Assembly: GCA_958295715.1 (NCBI GenBank)
Contig: OY282371.1
Span: 1,471,697-1,535,696 of the forward strand
Source of the DNA: an uncultured Dehalococcoidia bacterium
GTDB taxonomy: Bacteria; Chloroflexota; Dehalococcoidia; Lucifugimonadales; GCA-2712585
Direction: 5' to 3'
Length of the DNA: 64,000 bases
The notes beneath the pieces are model-generated. The model worked only from the letters and a program-made list of their open reading frames with translations, searched no databases and was not told the origin of the DNA. Numbering within the stretch: position 1 is the stretch's first letter; every line of letters begins with the position of its first letter. Shown here in pieces: positions 56,157 through 64,000 of the stretch. Position numbers and translations under genes: made by a program.

Positions 56157-56411
56157 TCATTCTCTCAGTTCTAGGCTTCGAGCGAGGTGATACAGAGCCG
56201 GACTACTGCTGACTCGCACGAAGAGTTCCGTATTGCCACCTGAGTTGCCGACTCGATGCTTAGGAAGAAAGTTCCCACCCCAGCTAATACCAAGCGCGGC
56301 ATTCACGCATTGCGGGCTGAAGGGCTCTTCAAGCTCTCCGTCGCGCACGGCATCTCGAATCCGCCGGATGGTTCTTCCTTCACGCATAAAGCCAGCCTTG
56401 AGACGTCTCAT
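56157..56411 (-). CDS. Hypothetical small protein (last gene of the minus-strand operon)
   Basis: 84-aa ORF, 70 nt downstream of the DprA-like gene. No family recognised. Confidence 0.35.
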   Translation of the reverse strand: MRRLKAGFMREGRTIRRIRDAVRDGELEEPFSPQCVNAALGISWGGNFLPKHRVGNSGGNTELFVRVSSSPALYHLARSLELRE

Positions 56412-56481
56412 TATAGACCATAGCCATCTGAAGCGTCAGCCTCCTATTATCTTCAATGGAGCCTCTCTCACATATGCCTAG

Positions 56482-57099
56482 TTATGGAGGTATCGCCCCC
56501 ACCCCCACGACCGCCGCGCCGAGGCCCACCAGGTTGGCGTTGGCGGCGCTGGGCAGGGTCAGGAGGGGTTTGCCGGCGGACGCCAGTTTGCGGGCGAAGG
56601 CTTCGGTCTTGCCGCCGGGGGCGGCGTGGGCGATGAATACCCGCTTCGCCAGGGCCGCCACCAGGTCGTTGCGCTGGGACGCGAGCCGCGCCGTCGGACG
56701 GCGGACCGCCTCGGGGAAGGGCGACAGGACCAGCATCCTGCCGTCTTCCAGAGGGCCGCGCCAGTCGCGGGGGACGCGCATCTTCTGGATGCCCCGCGCC
56801 GGGCAGACGACCACAGGCTGGCTTCCTCGGAGCAGCAGGCGCAGGCATTCCCTCTCCATCGGCGTTTGAAACCCGCCAATAACGGGCGCCCCGGCGTCGC
56901 GCATGGCCCTGGCCAGGTCGTAGGTCTTGAGGATGAGGTCGCCGGGGCAGCGGTTGGAGCAGAAGAGGGCGGTTAGCGGCCCTTCAAGCAAGCGCAAGGG
57001 TCCTTGATGAGCCATCTCTGGTGCCAGCAAGGCTGCGGACTGCCTACTTGCATCGACGGCCCCGGTTTCATGCGCTAGGCTCAACATTGCCGTGTGCTC
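56482..57099 (-). CDS. DprA/Smf-like Rossmannoid (SLOG superfamily) protein lacking the other DprA domains
   Basis: ALFCSNRCPGDLILKTYDLARAMRDAGAPVIGGFQTPMERECL...LVLSPF...SQRNDLVAALA...FIAHAAPGGKTE follows the DprA core pattern (G-G...E...RN...A). The ATG at 57099 avoids a 49-nt overlap with the upstream gene. Confidence 0.55.
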   Translation of the reverse strand, partial: EHTAMLSLAHETGAVDASRQSAALLAPEMAHQGPLRLLEGPLTALFCSNRCPGDLILKTYDLARAMRDAGAPVIGGFQTPMERECLRLLLRGSQPVVVCPARGIQKMRVPRDWRGPLEDGRMLVLSPFPEAVRRPTARLASQRNDLVAALAKRVFIAHAAPGGKTEAFARKLASAGKPLLTLPSAANANLVGLGAAVVGVGAIPP

Positions 57100-57110
57100 C
57101 ATTGCCTGTC

Positions 57111-57950
57111 TCAGTTCCCTTCGTAGAAGAGCTTGTTGAACTCTGCTTTGGTCTTGCAACGTCTGACCTCGGCGCGCATCTGTCCGAACTGAGTCGACGC
57201 CCCCTTGCGTAGGTTGGATTCTGCCTGCCCTAGGTACTCATCTACATGTCTCGACTGCCCTGTAAAGTCAACGATGGGTTTCTTCACTGCCTCCATCGAG
57301 TGTCCCAATAGGTGAACGAGCATGGTCTTCGGGTCGAGGGGCCCTTGGTAGTCCTTGAACGCATCTATCGCCAGGGACTCCATGTGATATCCCTTGATTT
57401 TTCTGTCCTCGTGGGTAATAAAGCAGTCTGCCAGGGCCTTGGCGAGTTTGATTATCGGTACGACTCTGCCGTTCCTGGCTGTGTTGACCTCGGCTAGCTT
57501 CTCGGCAAAGTCATCAGGTCGAGCTACGTTGCTCCACTGGGCGCTTCCGGGCTCGGCAATCCGAACGCCGTCAGTCCTTGTCCGTATGGCAGGCAGTAGT
57601 TGAATCTCGGTCCCCTTGGCGTATCTGACTGTCACAGCCAGCTTGCCCGCGCTTACTGTGTTATTCGGAAGCTGTCGCTGGATGGTGTCTCGCACGTACT
57701 TGATGACATCTGAGGGAGACTGGTTGACCAACGAAGACTCATTCACTACCAAAAGGACATCGACGTCGCTGAGGCCGGTCACATAAGTGCCCTTCCGCAC
57801 GGAACCGCCGAACATGGTCTGCACCACGTTGCCTTTCTGTCTGAGAAACCCGCACAGGCTTTCAAGGCGCTGGGTGACAGTCTGAGTATTCTTGCGGGTG
57901 TACTGTGCGAGAAATGCCTCGCAGTGCTCATTGAACCTATCGTCTGGCAC
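57111..57950 (-). CDS. Pol-beta-superfamily nucleotidyltransferase, SMODS/CD-NTase-like (tentative)
   Basis: FGGSVRKGTYVTGLSDVDVLLVV is the GS-x9-D-x-D NTase signature. The following strand-loop, AVTVRYAKGTEIQLLPAI...W..., and the helical C-terminal half resemble second-messenger synthase-type NTases. The position of the third acidic residue is unclear. GTG start 3 nt after the PIN stop. Confidence 0.65.
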   Translation of the reverse strand: MPDDRFNEHCEAFLAQYTRKNTQTVTQRLESLCGFLRQKGNVVQTMFGGSVRKGTYVTGLSDVDVLLVVNESSLVNQSPSDVIKYVRDTIQRQLPNNTVSAGKLAVTVRYAKGTEIQLLPAIRTRTDGVRIAEPGSAQWSNVARPDDFAEKLAEVNTARNGRVVPIIKLAKALADCFITHEDRKIKGYHMESLAIDAFKDYQGPLDPKTMLVHLLGHSMEAVKKPIVDFTGQSRHVDEYLGQAESNLRKGASTQFGQMRAEVRRCKTKAEFNKLFYEGN

Positions 57951-57953
57951 AGA

Positions 57954-58409
57954 TCATGCCTCCGCTTCCGCCTCGATCAGATCATCTAAGACGACGATGG
58001 GCAGGCCCTCGACGCGGCGAAAGTCTGTGTCGTTAGTGATGAAGAGCGTGCAGCCGATGCTAAGGGCCGTCGCGGCGTGAAGCGCGTCGGGGGTCTTCAA
58101 CCCCGTATCGGCGCGGATGCGTGCCGCGTCCTCCCACAGTTCCCGGGTGGCCGGGATTAGACTAACCTCATGCGCATCGAACATCGACCGAAGCAGCATC
58201 TCGACAACCTCATCGCCCTCCCGCAGCGGCTTGACAAGCGTTTCCAGCGCCGTGATGTCGCTGCTCGCAACATCGAACTCACCGGCCCGTGCTTGCTGCC
58301 ACAAGGGTTCAAGCAACGTGCGGTACGGCTCAACACGCTCTACGCTGTATATGAAGCCATTGGCGTCGAGGTAAGCGGGACCGAGCGCAGGTAGGGTCAG
58401 CGATCCCAC
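57954..58409 (-). CDS. PIN-domain ribonuclease (VapC-like toxin)
   Basis: AYLDANGFIY (first Asp), ...E..., TPDALHAATAL and FITNDTDF (last Asp) give the PIN acidic quartet layout. Confidence 0.8.
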   Translation of the reverse strand: MGSLTLPALGPAYLDANGFIYSVERVEPYRTLLEPLWQQARAGEFDVASSDITALETLVKPLREGDEVVEMLLRSMFDAHEVSLIPATRELWEDAARIRADTGLKTPDALHAATALSIGCTLFITNDTDFRRVEGLPIVVLDDLIEAEAEA

Positions 58410-58630
58410 GATGCTCTCTCTTCCTTGATGTAGTCATCGACTTCCTTCCCAGTCGTGAAGAGGCGATGCCCCGGCGCTTCGGCTAGGATGTCGACTACGG
58501 ATCGCCGTTCGGTAGACGAGGAACGCGTCACCACCACGTCGACCGTCTGGCCTGCCTCTAGCTCTGGGCTGGCAACCTCCACCCTGCCGCCTGGTTGAAC
58601 CGTCGTTCTTACGCGCAACGTTTTTTGCAT
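58397..58630 (-). CDS. Putative antitoxin partner of the PIN protein
   Basis: 77 aa, overlapping the PIN gene by 13 nt. The N-terminus, VQPGGRVEVASPELEAGQTVDVVV, resembles the AF2212/DUF104-type or AbrB-like antitoxin strand pattern. Confidence 0.55.
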   Translation of the reverse strand: MQKTLRVRTTVQPGGRVEVASPELEAGQTVDVVVTRSSSTERRSVVDILAEAPGHRLFTTGKEVDDYIKEERASWDR

Positions 58631-58705
58631 TGTCCTAGCCTCCTTTCATGGGGTTGGCGCCAGACATACACCCAATATGCACCAAAGGGCCTAAGGCGGC
58701 AAGGA

Positions 58706-59671
58706 CTAACTAGAAATGTGTTTCGCGTTATGTTCAATTATCCGCTTCTCTGCATCTTCACCCACTTCCACAACCTCAAAGCCAAGCGTGCGCCAATACT
58801 CGCATACTTCTTCAAAATAACCTTCAAGGGGTGGAAAATCCTCATCCAAGAATATCTTCAATATCTCAGCGCCAGCCTTTGTCAAAATGTGTTTACCGAT
58901 TATCAGTTGATCGTCGCCTTCGTTCATTCGTACAGTGGCAATTCGTTGACCACAAATCAGATTAAACTCATCGCCGCTGGAAAGTATGATTTTTACTCCT
59001 TCAGACCGTTCTTGAATCAGGCCCAACTGTTGGAACTCACCAAACGTGTGATAGTCCATGCCTATCTTTTTCGGATCAAATGAGATAAACTCTTTTCCGA
59101 ACACGCCCACACGGGAACCTATAACTACAAAAAAATCCTGCTCCTCCGAATCAGGATCCTGGCTACGCCAAGAGACCGACCGGAGCTTCAGGAACTCCTG
59201 CAAGTCCAGTGGAGTCAGGTCCTGGGCGACTGATACGGTACGCCTGGCTACAGAACCTGGGCGGCTAACATCTCCGTTGAGAATGCGTCCGAGCAGGTCG
59301 CGTAATTCCTCAAAGGAAACGAACTTAGACGCTTCCAATGCAGGACCAATGACAGAGAGATCTTCTTTTAACCGTTTTGTAAATTTCCCCTCGAAATCTC
59401 CCGAATCATCAATTCGCTGAGCCTCATCCAAGACGGCTGCAAGATTATCTTTAACCCCGAAAGTGAATGCTGTCGCCAAGTACCGTGCAGCTTCTCCCGA
59501 CCATCCCAAGCGTTCCTGCCAAAACTGTAAGGAGTATTCGCCACGAGCAAGTTGTCCTTCACCCTCCGCTTTCACCTCCTCCCGGACTCTCCTTTTTGCA
59601 GGAACAAAATGTTTCACTAACCCCAGTAATTTTTCCATTATCGTCCCTATAACCATCAGGGGGTTTATCAT
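58706..59671 (-). CDS. DUF2806-like protein
   Basis: 321 aa and markedly AT-richer. The central block FEELRDLLGRILNGDVSRPGSVARRTVSVAQDLTPLDLQEF resembles the DUF2806 core (W..iLagE...PGsfS.rtl..l..L) as I recall it. Confidence 0.55.
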   Translation of the reverse strand: MINPLMVIGTIMEKLLGLVKHFVPAKRRVREEVKAEGEGQLARGEYSLQFWQERLGWSGEAARYLATAFTFGVKDNLAAVLDEAQRIDDSGDFEGKFTKRLKEDLSVIGPALEASKFVSFEELRDLLGRILNGDVSRPGSVARRTVSVAQDLTPLDLQEFLKLRSVSWRSQDPDSEEQDFFVVIGSRVGVFGKEFISFDPKKIGMDYHTFGEFQQLGLIQERSEGVKIILSSGDEFNLICGQRIATVRMNEGDDQLIIGKHILTKAGAEILKIFLDEDFPPLEGYFEEVCEYWRTLGFEVVEVGEDAEKRIIEHNAKHISS

Positions 59672-59772
59672 CGCTCCCGCCCCATGCGGTACTTGATGTC
59701 GTAGTTGATGATAAAGTCTAGCTCCTTGTCCGTGAAGCCGTAGCGCTCAGGCGGCAACCCTCCCACTACGCG
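59668..59772 (-). pseudogene. Remnant 1 of the C-terminal tail of an RM/BREX-type DNA methyltransferase
   Basis: Encodes ...PPERYGFTDKELDFIINYDIKYRMGRER*, which is the YGLT-EE..FI.NYD.KYR.G tail I associate with type IIG/PglX-like methyltransferases. It has no upstream body. Its TGA overlaps the ATG of the DUF2806-like gene (ATGA). Confidence 0.5.
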
Positions 59773-59997
59773 CTAGTACTCGAAGTGGTACACGTACCAC
59801 TTGGCGATTTCCGCCCCCCGGCCGCCCGGGTGGGCCTCGCATCCAAACCTTCCGGCGTGCCTGTCCTCTTGCAACTGAGCAGACGCCCTATAAAAGTGTG
59901 TGCCCAGTATCAGCCAATTCCGTAAAGACGGATATCTACTTTGCCACTCCCTCCTTCGCTCCTGTGGGTCGGTGGTGATGCCAATGCGACAACCCAT
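59773..59997 (-). CDS. Small hypothetical protein inserted between the two methyltransferase-tail remnants
   Basis: 74 aa. GGAGG lies 5 nt upstream of the ATG and overlaps the stop of remnant 2. IGITTDPQERRREW...WYVYHFEY is only faintly GIY-YIG-like, so I make no family call. Confidence 0.45.
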   Translation of the reverse strand: MGCRIGITTDPQERRREWQSRYPSLRNWLILGTHFYRASAQLQEDRHAGRFGCEAHPGGRGAEIAKWYVYHFEY

Positions 59998-60006
59998 CTA
60001 CGCCTC

Positions 60007-60190
60007 CTATGCTCTCTCCCGCCCTATGCGGTACTTGACGTCGTAGTTGATGATAAAGTCTAGCTCCTCGTCGGTAAAGCCGTAGCGCTTGGCCGGCGCC
60101 CGGTCGATTTCGTCAATGACGGGCTTGGACGGTCGCGGGGCGATATCGGCCCACCTAATTCTTCGTGGGCCACGCCTGGCCGGCGCGCCA
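60007..60190 (-). pseudogene. Remnant 2 of the same methyltransferase C-terminal tail
   Basis: Encodes ...WADIAPRPSKPVIDEIDRAPAKRYGFTDEELDFIINYDVKYRIGRERA*. No intact upstream ORF. It shares a 74-nt direct repeat (60016-60089) with 59674-59747, with 5 mismatches. Confidence 0.5.
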
Positions 60191-60464
60191 TGAGGGTCAA
60201 CCGGCGGTGTGTTAAACTAGGTTACTATTACGAGGACAGCCTATTGAAGCCCCCTAGTTCTGAAACGCGCGCCACAGGCGAGGTCTGACGCCGTGGGTGG
60301 AGTGGCAAGTCTGGCATTGGCCGGCGCGCCGTTGCGGAGATGTTCTGCCGGCGGCGGGGCCGCCGAGCCTGGGCGGGCGGCAGGACAGGCCAAGCCGATA
60401 CGCCCTAAAGAACTTCGGCTGACGCCGGCGGATACGTCCGGCTTGGCCGGCAGGCGGTAAGGGC

Positions 60465-61820
60465 GTGAGACGGCTAATCGCACGGCTGCTCCCGGCCTCC
60501 GACCAGCGCGCGGCGCGGCAGACGTTGTGGATTGGCGCGATAACCGTCGCCCAGCTTCTGGCCAGCATCGTTCAGGTGGCCCTTTCGGCCCGCATCCTGG
60601 GGCCCGAGGGCTTGGGGATTCTGGCCGTCATCATAGCGTTAACCTCGCTTCTCTACCGGTTCGTGTCCCTGCCGGGCAACGAAGTCATTACCACCTTCGT
60701 GACTCGCGGCGTGGCCGAAGGACGCATGAAAGAGGCCACCGGGACCCTGCGGTTCACCTTTATCGTGTCCCAAGGACTTTCCCTGGTCTCCTACGGCCTG
60801 CTGGCGGCCGCCGTCCTCGCCGTGAGCGGCCTGTTCGGAGGCGCGGAGGAGTACAAGTCGACGCTGCTCGTGTACGGAATCGGGGGCGTCGCGGCGGCCA
60901 CGGTCCGGGAAAGCATGGCGTTGCTGCGGCTGGCCGACCGGCTGTGGCTGGGCTTTGCCGTTTCGGTGGTCAGCGCGGCGACGAGGGTAGCCTTTCTTCT
61001 GGCGGCGTGGTCGACCGGGAGTGGGCTGACGGGCGTAGTCTTGGCCTACGTCGCGGGAGACGTGATAACCGGGGTCGGGATGTTCATCGCCGGCGCGTCC
61101 TCGGAGAGGAAAGCGGGGCTGCCGGGGTTCCTGCGCTCGCTGCCGGCCAAAATTCCGGGCCGGGACGTCATCGCGTTCCAGGTTGGGTCCTTCTGGCGGT
61201 CGTCGGTTGAAGCCGTCATCCTGCACATCGACGTAATCCTAATAGCCAACATCGTCAGCCTGAGCCAGGTTGGGCTGTACCGGGCGGCGCACCAGATTAT
61301 CGACGCCACCAAGCACCCCTTCCGCTCCATATCCACGGGAGTGCAGGCCGAGTACAGCCGCCAGTGGTACGGCGGGAACCCGGCCGCCGTTCGCCGGATT
61401 TCCCGCCGTTTTGCGCTACTGTCCCTCGCCGTAGCTGTTGCGGGATACGGGCTGCTTGCTATAATTCACGAGCCGATTATCCGGATTATGCTGGGTCCGA
61501 GCTTCGAAGAGGCCGCCTTACCCTTGCTGTTCCTGCTTCCCGGGGCCTTGGCCTTTGCGGTCATTGCGCCCCTTTACGTGCTGCCCGCCGCCACGGGGAG
61601 GGCCATCCCCCATCTGGCGGCGTCGTTGGCGGCCCTGGCGGTAATGGTCGCAGCGATGTTGGTCCTGGCCCCCAGGTACGGAGCAGAGGGGGCGGCGTGG
61701 GCCAACTCCATTGGCTGGATAGCTTTCGCGGCGGCCTTCGTCCCCTTCATAGTCGCGACGCTGCGCCGGGGTCGCGCCGCCGGCCGGGCAGAGGAACAAG
61801 GCGGGAGGAGCGGGGGTTGA
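60465..61820 (+). CDS. Polysaccharide/oligosaccharide flippase (Wzx-like, MOP superfamily)
   Basis: 451 aa with about 12-14 hydrophobic helices. The N-terminus, LWIGAITVAQLLASIVQVALSARILGPEGLG, is typical of Polysacc_synt proteins. GTG start. Confidence 0.75.
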   Translation: MRRLIARLLPASDQRAARQTLWIGAITVAQLLASIVQVALSARILGPEGLGILAVIIALTSLLYRFVSLPGNEVITTFVTRGVAEGRMKEATGTLRFTFIVSQGLSLVSYGLLAAAVLAVSGLFGGAEEYKSTLLVYGIGGVAAATVRESMALLRLADRLWLGFAVSVVSAATRVAFLLAAWSTGSGLTGVVLAYVAGDVITGVGMFIAGASSERKAGLPGFLRSLPAKIPGRDVIAFQVGSFWRSSVEAVILHIDVILIANIVSLSQVGLYRAAHQIIDATKHPFRSISTGVQAEYSRQWYGGNPAAVRRISRRFALLSLAVAVAGYGLLAIIHEPIIRIMLGPSFEEAALPLLFLLPGALAFAVIAPLYVLPAATGRAIPHLAASLAALAVMVAAMLVLAPRYGAEGAAWANSIGWIAFAAAFVPFIVATLRRGRAAGRAEEQGGRSGG

Positions 61821-61847
61821 GCTTGTCGCAAACCGGCGGGTCTCGGG

Positions 61848-63695
61848 GTGGTTGAAGTCGGCGCGGCTTTGAACAGGGCAGCGAGTTGGAGCGGCTCGGT
61901 CTACTCGACCTTGGCGTCGCTGCCATCCAGGGCTTCCCCGGCAGGCGTGGGCGTCCTGTCCATGTATTGCGCCTCCATTGCCCTTGCCCTGTTCGCCTTC
62001 GGCTACACGATTCGCGGTGGAACGCAGATTTACGGAACCGTAAACCTCACACACGCCCTCCTCCTGGCCACCATCCTATTCGTCGGCATCCACCTCTGGG
62101 CCGCCAAGAGGCTCAGGTACCGGCTCATCTGGGCCGACGTGGTCCTGATTGGATTCGCCCTGGCGATGCTGGCGAATAGCGGCACCATTGCCGGCATTGA
62201 GAAGAGCGTGCGGTTCTTGGGGCTGGTCCTGGCGCCCTACTTCCTGGCCCGCGTCATCCTGGTCGATTTCGTCCGGGTGAAGCTCTTCCTAGCCACGGTA
62301 TTGGCGGTGGCGACGGTTTTGGGACTCGGCGTCGTAGCCTTCTCATTCCTGCCGGAACCGGTCGCCATCCTGCTGCCCTATGCGGTGACTGAGTGGAACC
62401 AGCGCCTGATTTTCCTCGATACCAACCCCGTTCAATTCGGAATGCTCTTGATGGTTGGGGCGATGTTGTACACCGGCTTGACCTCCTCTTGGCGACGCCT
62501 TTGGATGGTTCTGGGCGTGGCCGTCATAGGGGCGCTGCTTTACGACATACTTATCGTCGGCAATCGCGCCTCGTTGGTCGCTGTCTTTGGAGCGTCCTTG
62601 GCCGCCGTCTCCCTCGCCCTCATCACGCGCAAATTCAGAAACTTCCCTATTCTGTTTGCTGTTTTCATCGCGGCGGGCATCCTGTTCTACTCGGTTTTCG
62701 CCGCCGGTTTGTCGCCAACGCCGGCCAGAGGATCCCTCGGCGTCACCTGCCATGACGATGAACAGGCGCGGGTCGTCATCTGCCACGAAGGCAACCAGGC
62801 GCGGGTGGAAAGTCCCTTCGCGGTCTACCTGACGAGCGACAGCGTGCACAAGGCCGACGATTACCCCGTTGTTCCTTGGCGTTGGCAGATGGCCGGTCCC
62901 CGGCTCGACGACGCCACCACGCCCGACGACGCCACCTGGGCCGACATTGACGGCGCCCGGCTTCATAGGCTTCATATATACATCCCCGCCGAAGATGACC
63001 TGGGCAAATTCTTGCGTGTAGATACGAGCTATGAAAAGGAGGGCGAGATTCTCCTGGCGCAGACGACGGCCGTAGGCCCGTTAGCCGAGGCGTCGAGCGG
63101 GTTTAGACTCCCGCGGTTCGGGATAAGGCTGCCCAATCAGGAACGGTTCGAGACCCTGGCCCTGCTGTTTAAGTCTTCAGAAAACTTGACTGAGGAGGAA
63201 TGGCGTCTTCGCCAGGCCACAATAGTTAATAGGTTTGATCTGCTTGAAGAGTCCAGGGACAAATTCGCGGCCAACCCCCTCTTCGGCGCAGGAACCGCGG
63301 GGATGGCCAATTACGCCCACAACATCTTTGCGGAGACGGCGGCCGAGATGGGCCTGATGGGGCTGGCCCTCCTGTTGGCCTTCTTTGCCCTCGCGCTGAG
63401 AAACCTCTGGAAGTTCTTCGTCAAGATGGACCAGCGAAATCCCTACTTCCACGTCATCACGGCGGTGGTCCTGGTCGTCAGCGCGCTTTTCATCCAAAAG
63501 CAGTTCTCCACCGGCTTGACCCACCACAAGGACCTGATTATCTTCGTCGCCATAATACTAAACCTGCCGCTTCTTTTGGGAATGCCGAGCCGGGAGGCCG
63601 GCGGACGCCTCCGCGATAAGCTGCCGCCCAGGCTCCGGTTCCTCATCCCGGCCAAGGGCGCCGCGCCGGCGGACGACGCTGAGAAGCGGCCGTGA
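61848..63695 (+). CDS. O-antigen ligase/polymerase-like (Wzy_C domain) membrane protein with a large extracytoplasmic insert
   Basis: Polytopic. NPLFGAGTAGMANYAHNIFAETAAEMGLMG is the Wzy_C/O-antigen ligase motif. Start is uncertain; the ATG at 61962 is an alternative. Confidence 0.65.
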   Translation: MVEVGAALNRAASWSGSVYSTLASLPSRASPAGVGVLSMYCASIALALFAFGYTIRGGTQIYGTVNLTHALLLATILFVGIHLWAAKRLRYRLIWADVVLIGFALAMLANSGTIAGIEKSVRFLGLVLAPYFLARVILVDFVRVKLFLATVLAVATVLGLGVVAFSFLPEPVAILLPYAVTEWNQRLIFLDTNPVQFGMLLMVGAMLYTGLTSSWRRLWMVLGVAVIGALLYDILIVGNRASLVAVFGASLAAVSLALITRKFRNFPILFAVFIAAGILFYSVFAAGLSPTPARGSLGVTCHDDEQARVVICHEGNQARVESPFAVYLTSDSVHKADDYPVVPWRWQMAGPRLDDATTPDDATWADIDGARLHRLHIYIPAEDDLGKFLRVDTSYEKEGEILLAQTTAVGPLAEASSGFRLPRFGIRLPNQERFETLALLFKSSENLTEEEWRLRQATIVNRFDLLEESRDKFAANPLFGAGTAGMANYAHNIFAETAAEMGLMGLALLLAFFALALRNLWKFFVKMDQRNPYFHVITAVVLVVSALFIQKQFSTGLTHHKDLIIFVAIILNLPLLLGMPSREAGGRLRDKLPPRLRFLIPAKGAAPADDAEKRP

Positions 63696-63705
63696 GACGG
63701 GCTAT

Positions 63706-64000
63706 ATGACTTCACACGACGGCCGGGTGAGAACGGCCTTGTTGGGATGCGGGTACTGGGGGAAGAACCTGCTGCGCGTGCTCATGGAGTCCCGCGACGC
63801 CCAGCTGCTGGTGGTGGTCGACCCCTCGCCCGCCGCCCAGCAATACGTAAGCTCCCGACACCCGGGGCTGCGCGTCTCCGGCGACGAGTCCCACATCTTC
63901 GATTCCGACTCCATCGACGCGGTGGTGATAGCCACCCCGGCCAAGGACCACTACCGGGCCGCGCGGCTGGCCCTGCGCGCCGGGAAACACGCCTTCGTTG
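63706..64000 (+). CDS. Gfo/Idh/MocA family oxidoreductase (5' part; continues beyond the window)
   Basis: My translation is MTSHDGRVRTALLGCGYWGKNLLRVL...IDAVVIATPAKDHYRAARLALRAGKHAFV, which is the Rossmann GxGxxG plus the EKP-like region of this family. Confidence 0.8.
   Translation, partial: MTSHDGRVRTALLGCGYWGKNLLRVLMESRDAQLLVVVDPSPAAQQYVSSRHPGLRVSGDESHIFDSDSIDAVVIATPAKDHYRAARLALRAGKHAFV

Noticed and set aside
60191-60464. Structured RNA or small ORFs (60241-60483, 60254-60568) in the gap between the island and the flippase gene
   Set aside because: I could see no conserved RNA motif or convincing hairpin. The ORFs are Arg/Ala/Pro-rich and overlap each other. I treat the region as a non-coding junction or promoter region.

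Overview
High-GC bacterial chromosomal segment with about 55 protein genes plus RNase P RNA. I saw no rRNA, tRNA or CRISPR. Gene content hints weakly at Chloroflexota.

Housekeeping blocks: pyrR-pyrB-carA-[repeats+orphan]-carB, pdxS-pdxT, tmk, sucCD, cysS, tilS, tsaD, folB-citE-like and rnpB.

4-16 kb is a hydrolase neighbourhood rich in paralogues: three amidohydrolases, a ThDP enzyme, M20 and S51 peptidases, a lactonase and a cupin. It also holds a thioredoxin-fold gene with an in-frame TGA (W-A-S-W-TGA-G-C). This is a candidate selenoprotein with a hairpin just downstream.

The strongest non-genic signal is a very abundant REP-like hairpin family, core GTCATTCCCGC-GNAG-GCGGGAAT. I counted about 42 cores by eye.
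- It fills nearly every long intergenic gap.
- It builds 95-bp tandem arrays and ~200-bp MITE-like units.
- It is the exact target of an IS110-family insertion.
- It brackets a small GIY-YIG nuclease gene in inverted orientation, and those flanking copies carry their own compensatory stem variant. This resembles REP/RAYT organisation but with a different enzyme class.

55.2-60.2 kb is an AT-richer accessory island. It contains a PUA-like/NucS-like nuclease and a tightly packed minus-strand operon (antitoxin, PIN, nucleotidyltransferase, DprA/SLOG-like, small ORF). It also holds a DUF2806-like gene and two decayed C-terminal tails of a restriction-modification-type methyltransferase.

Other oddities:
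- CysRS fused to a GT2 glycosyltransferase.
- ATCase fused to a PyrI-type zinc domain.
- Two genes whose N-termini can only be reached from AUA codons.
- A BrnTA toxin-antitoxin pair.
- 109-bp direct repeats around a GT-C glycosyltransferase gene.

The window ends in a Wzx/Wzy-like polysaccharide cluster. All family assignments come from motif recognition by eye; no searches were run.
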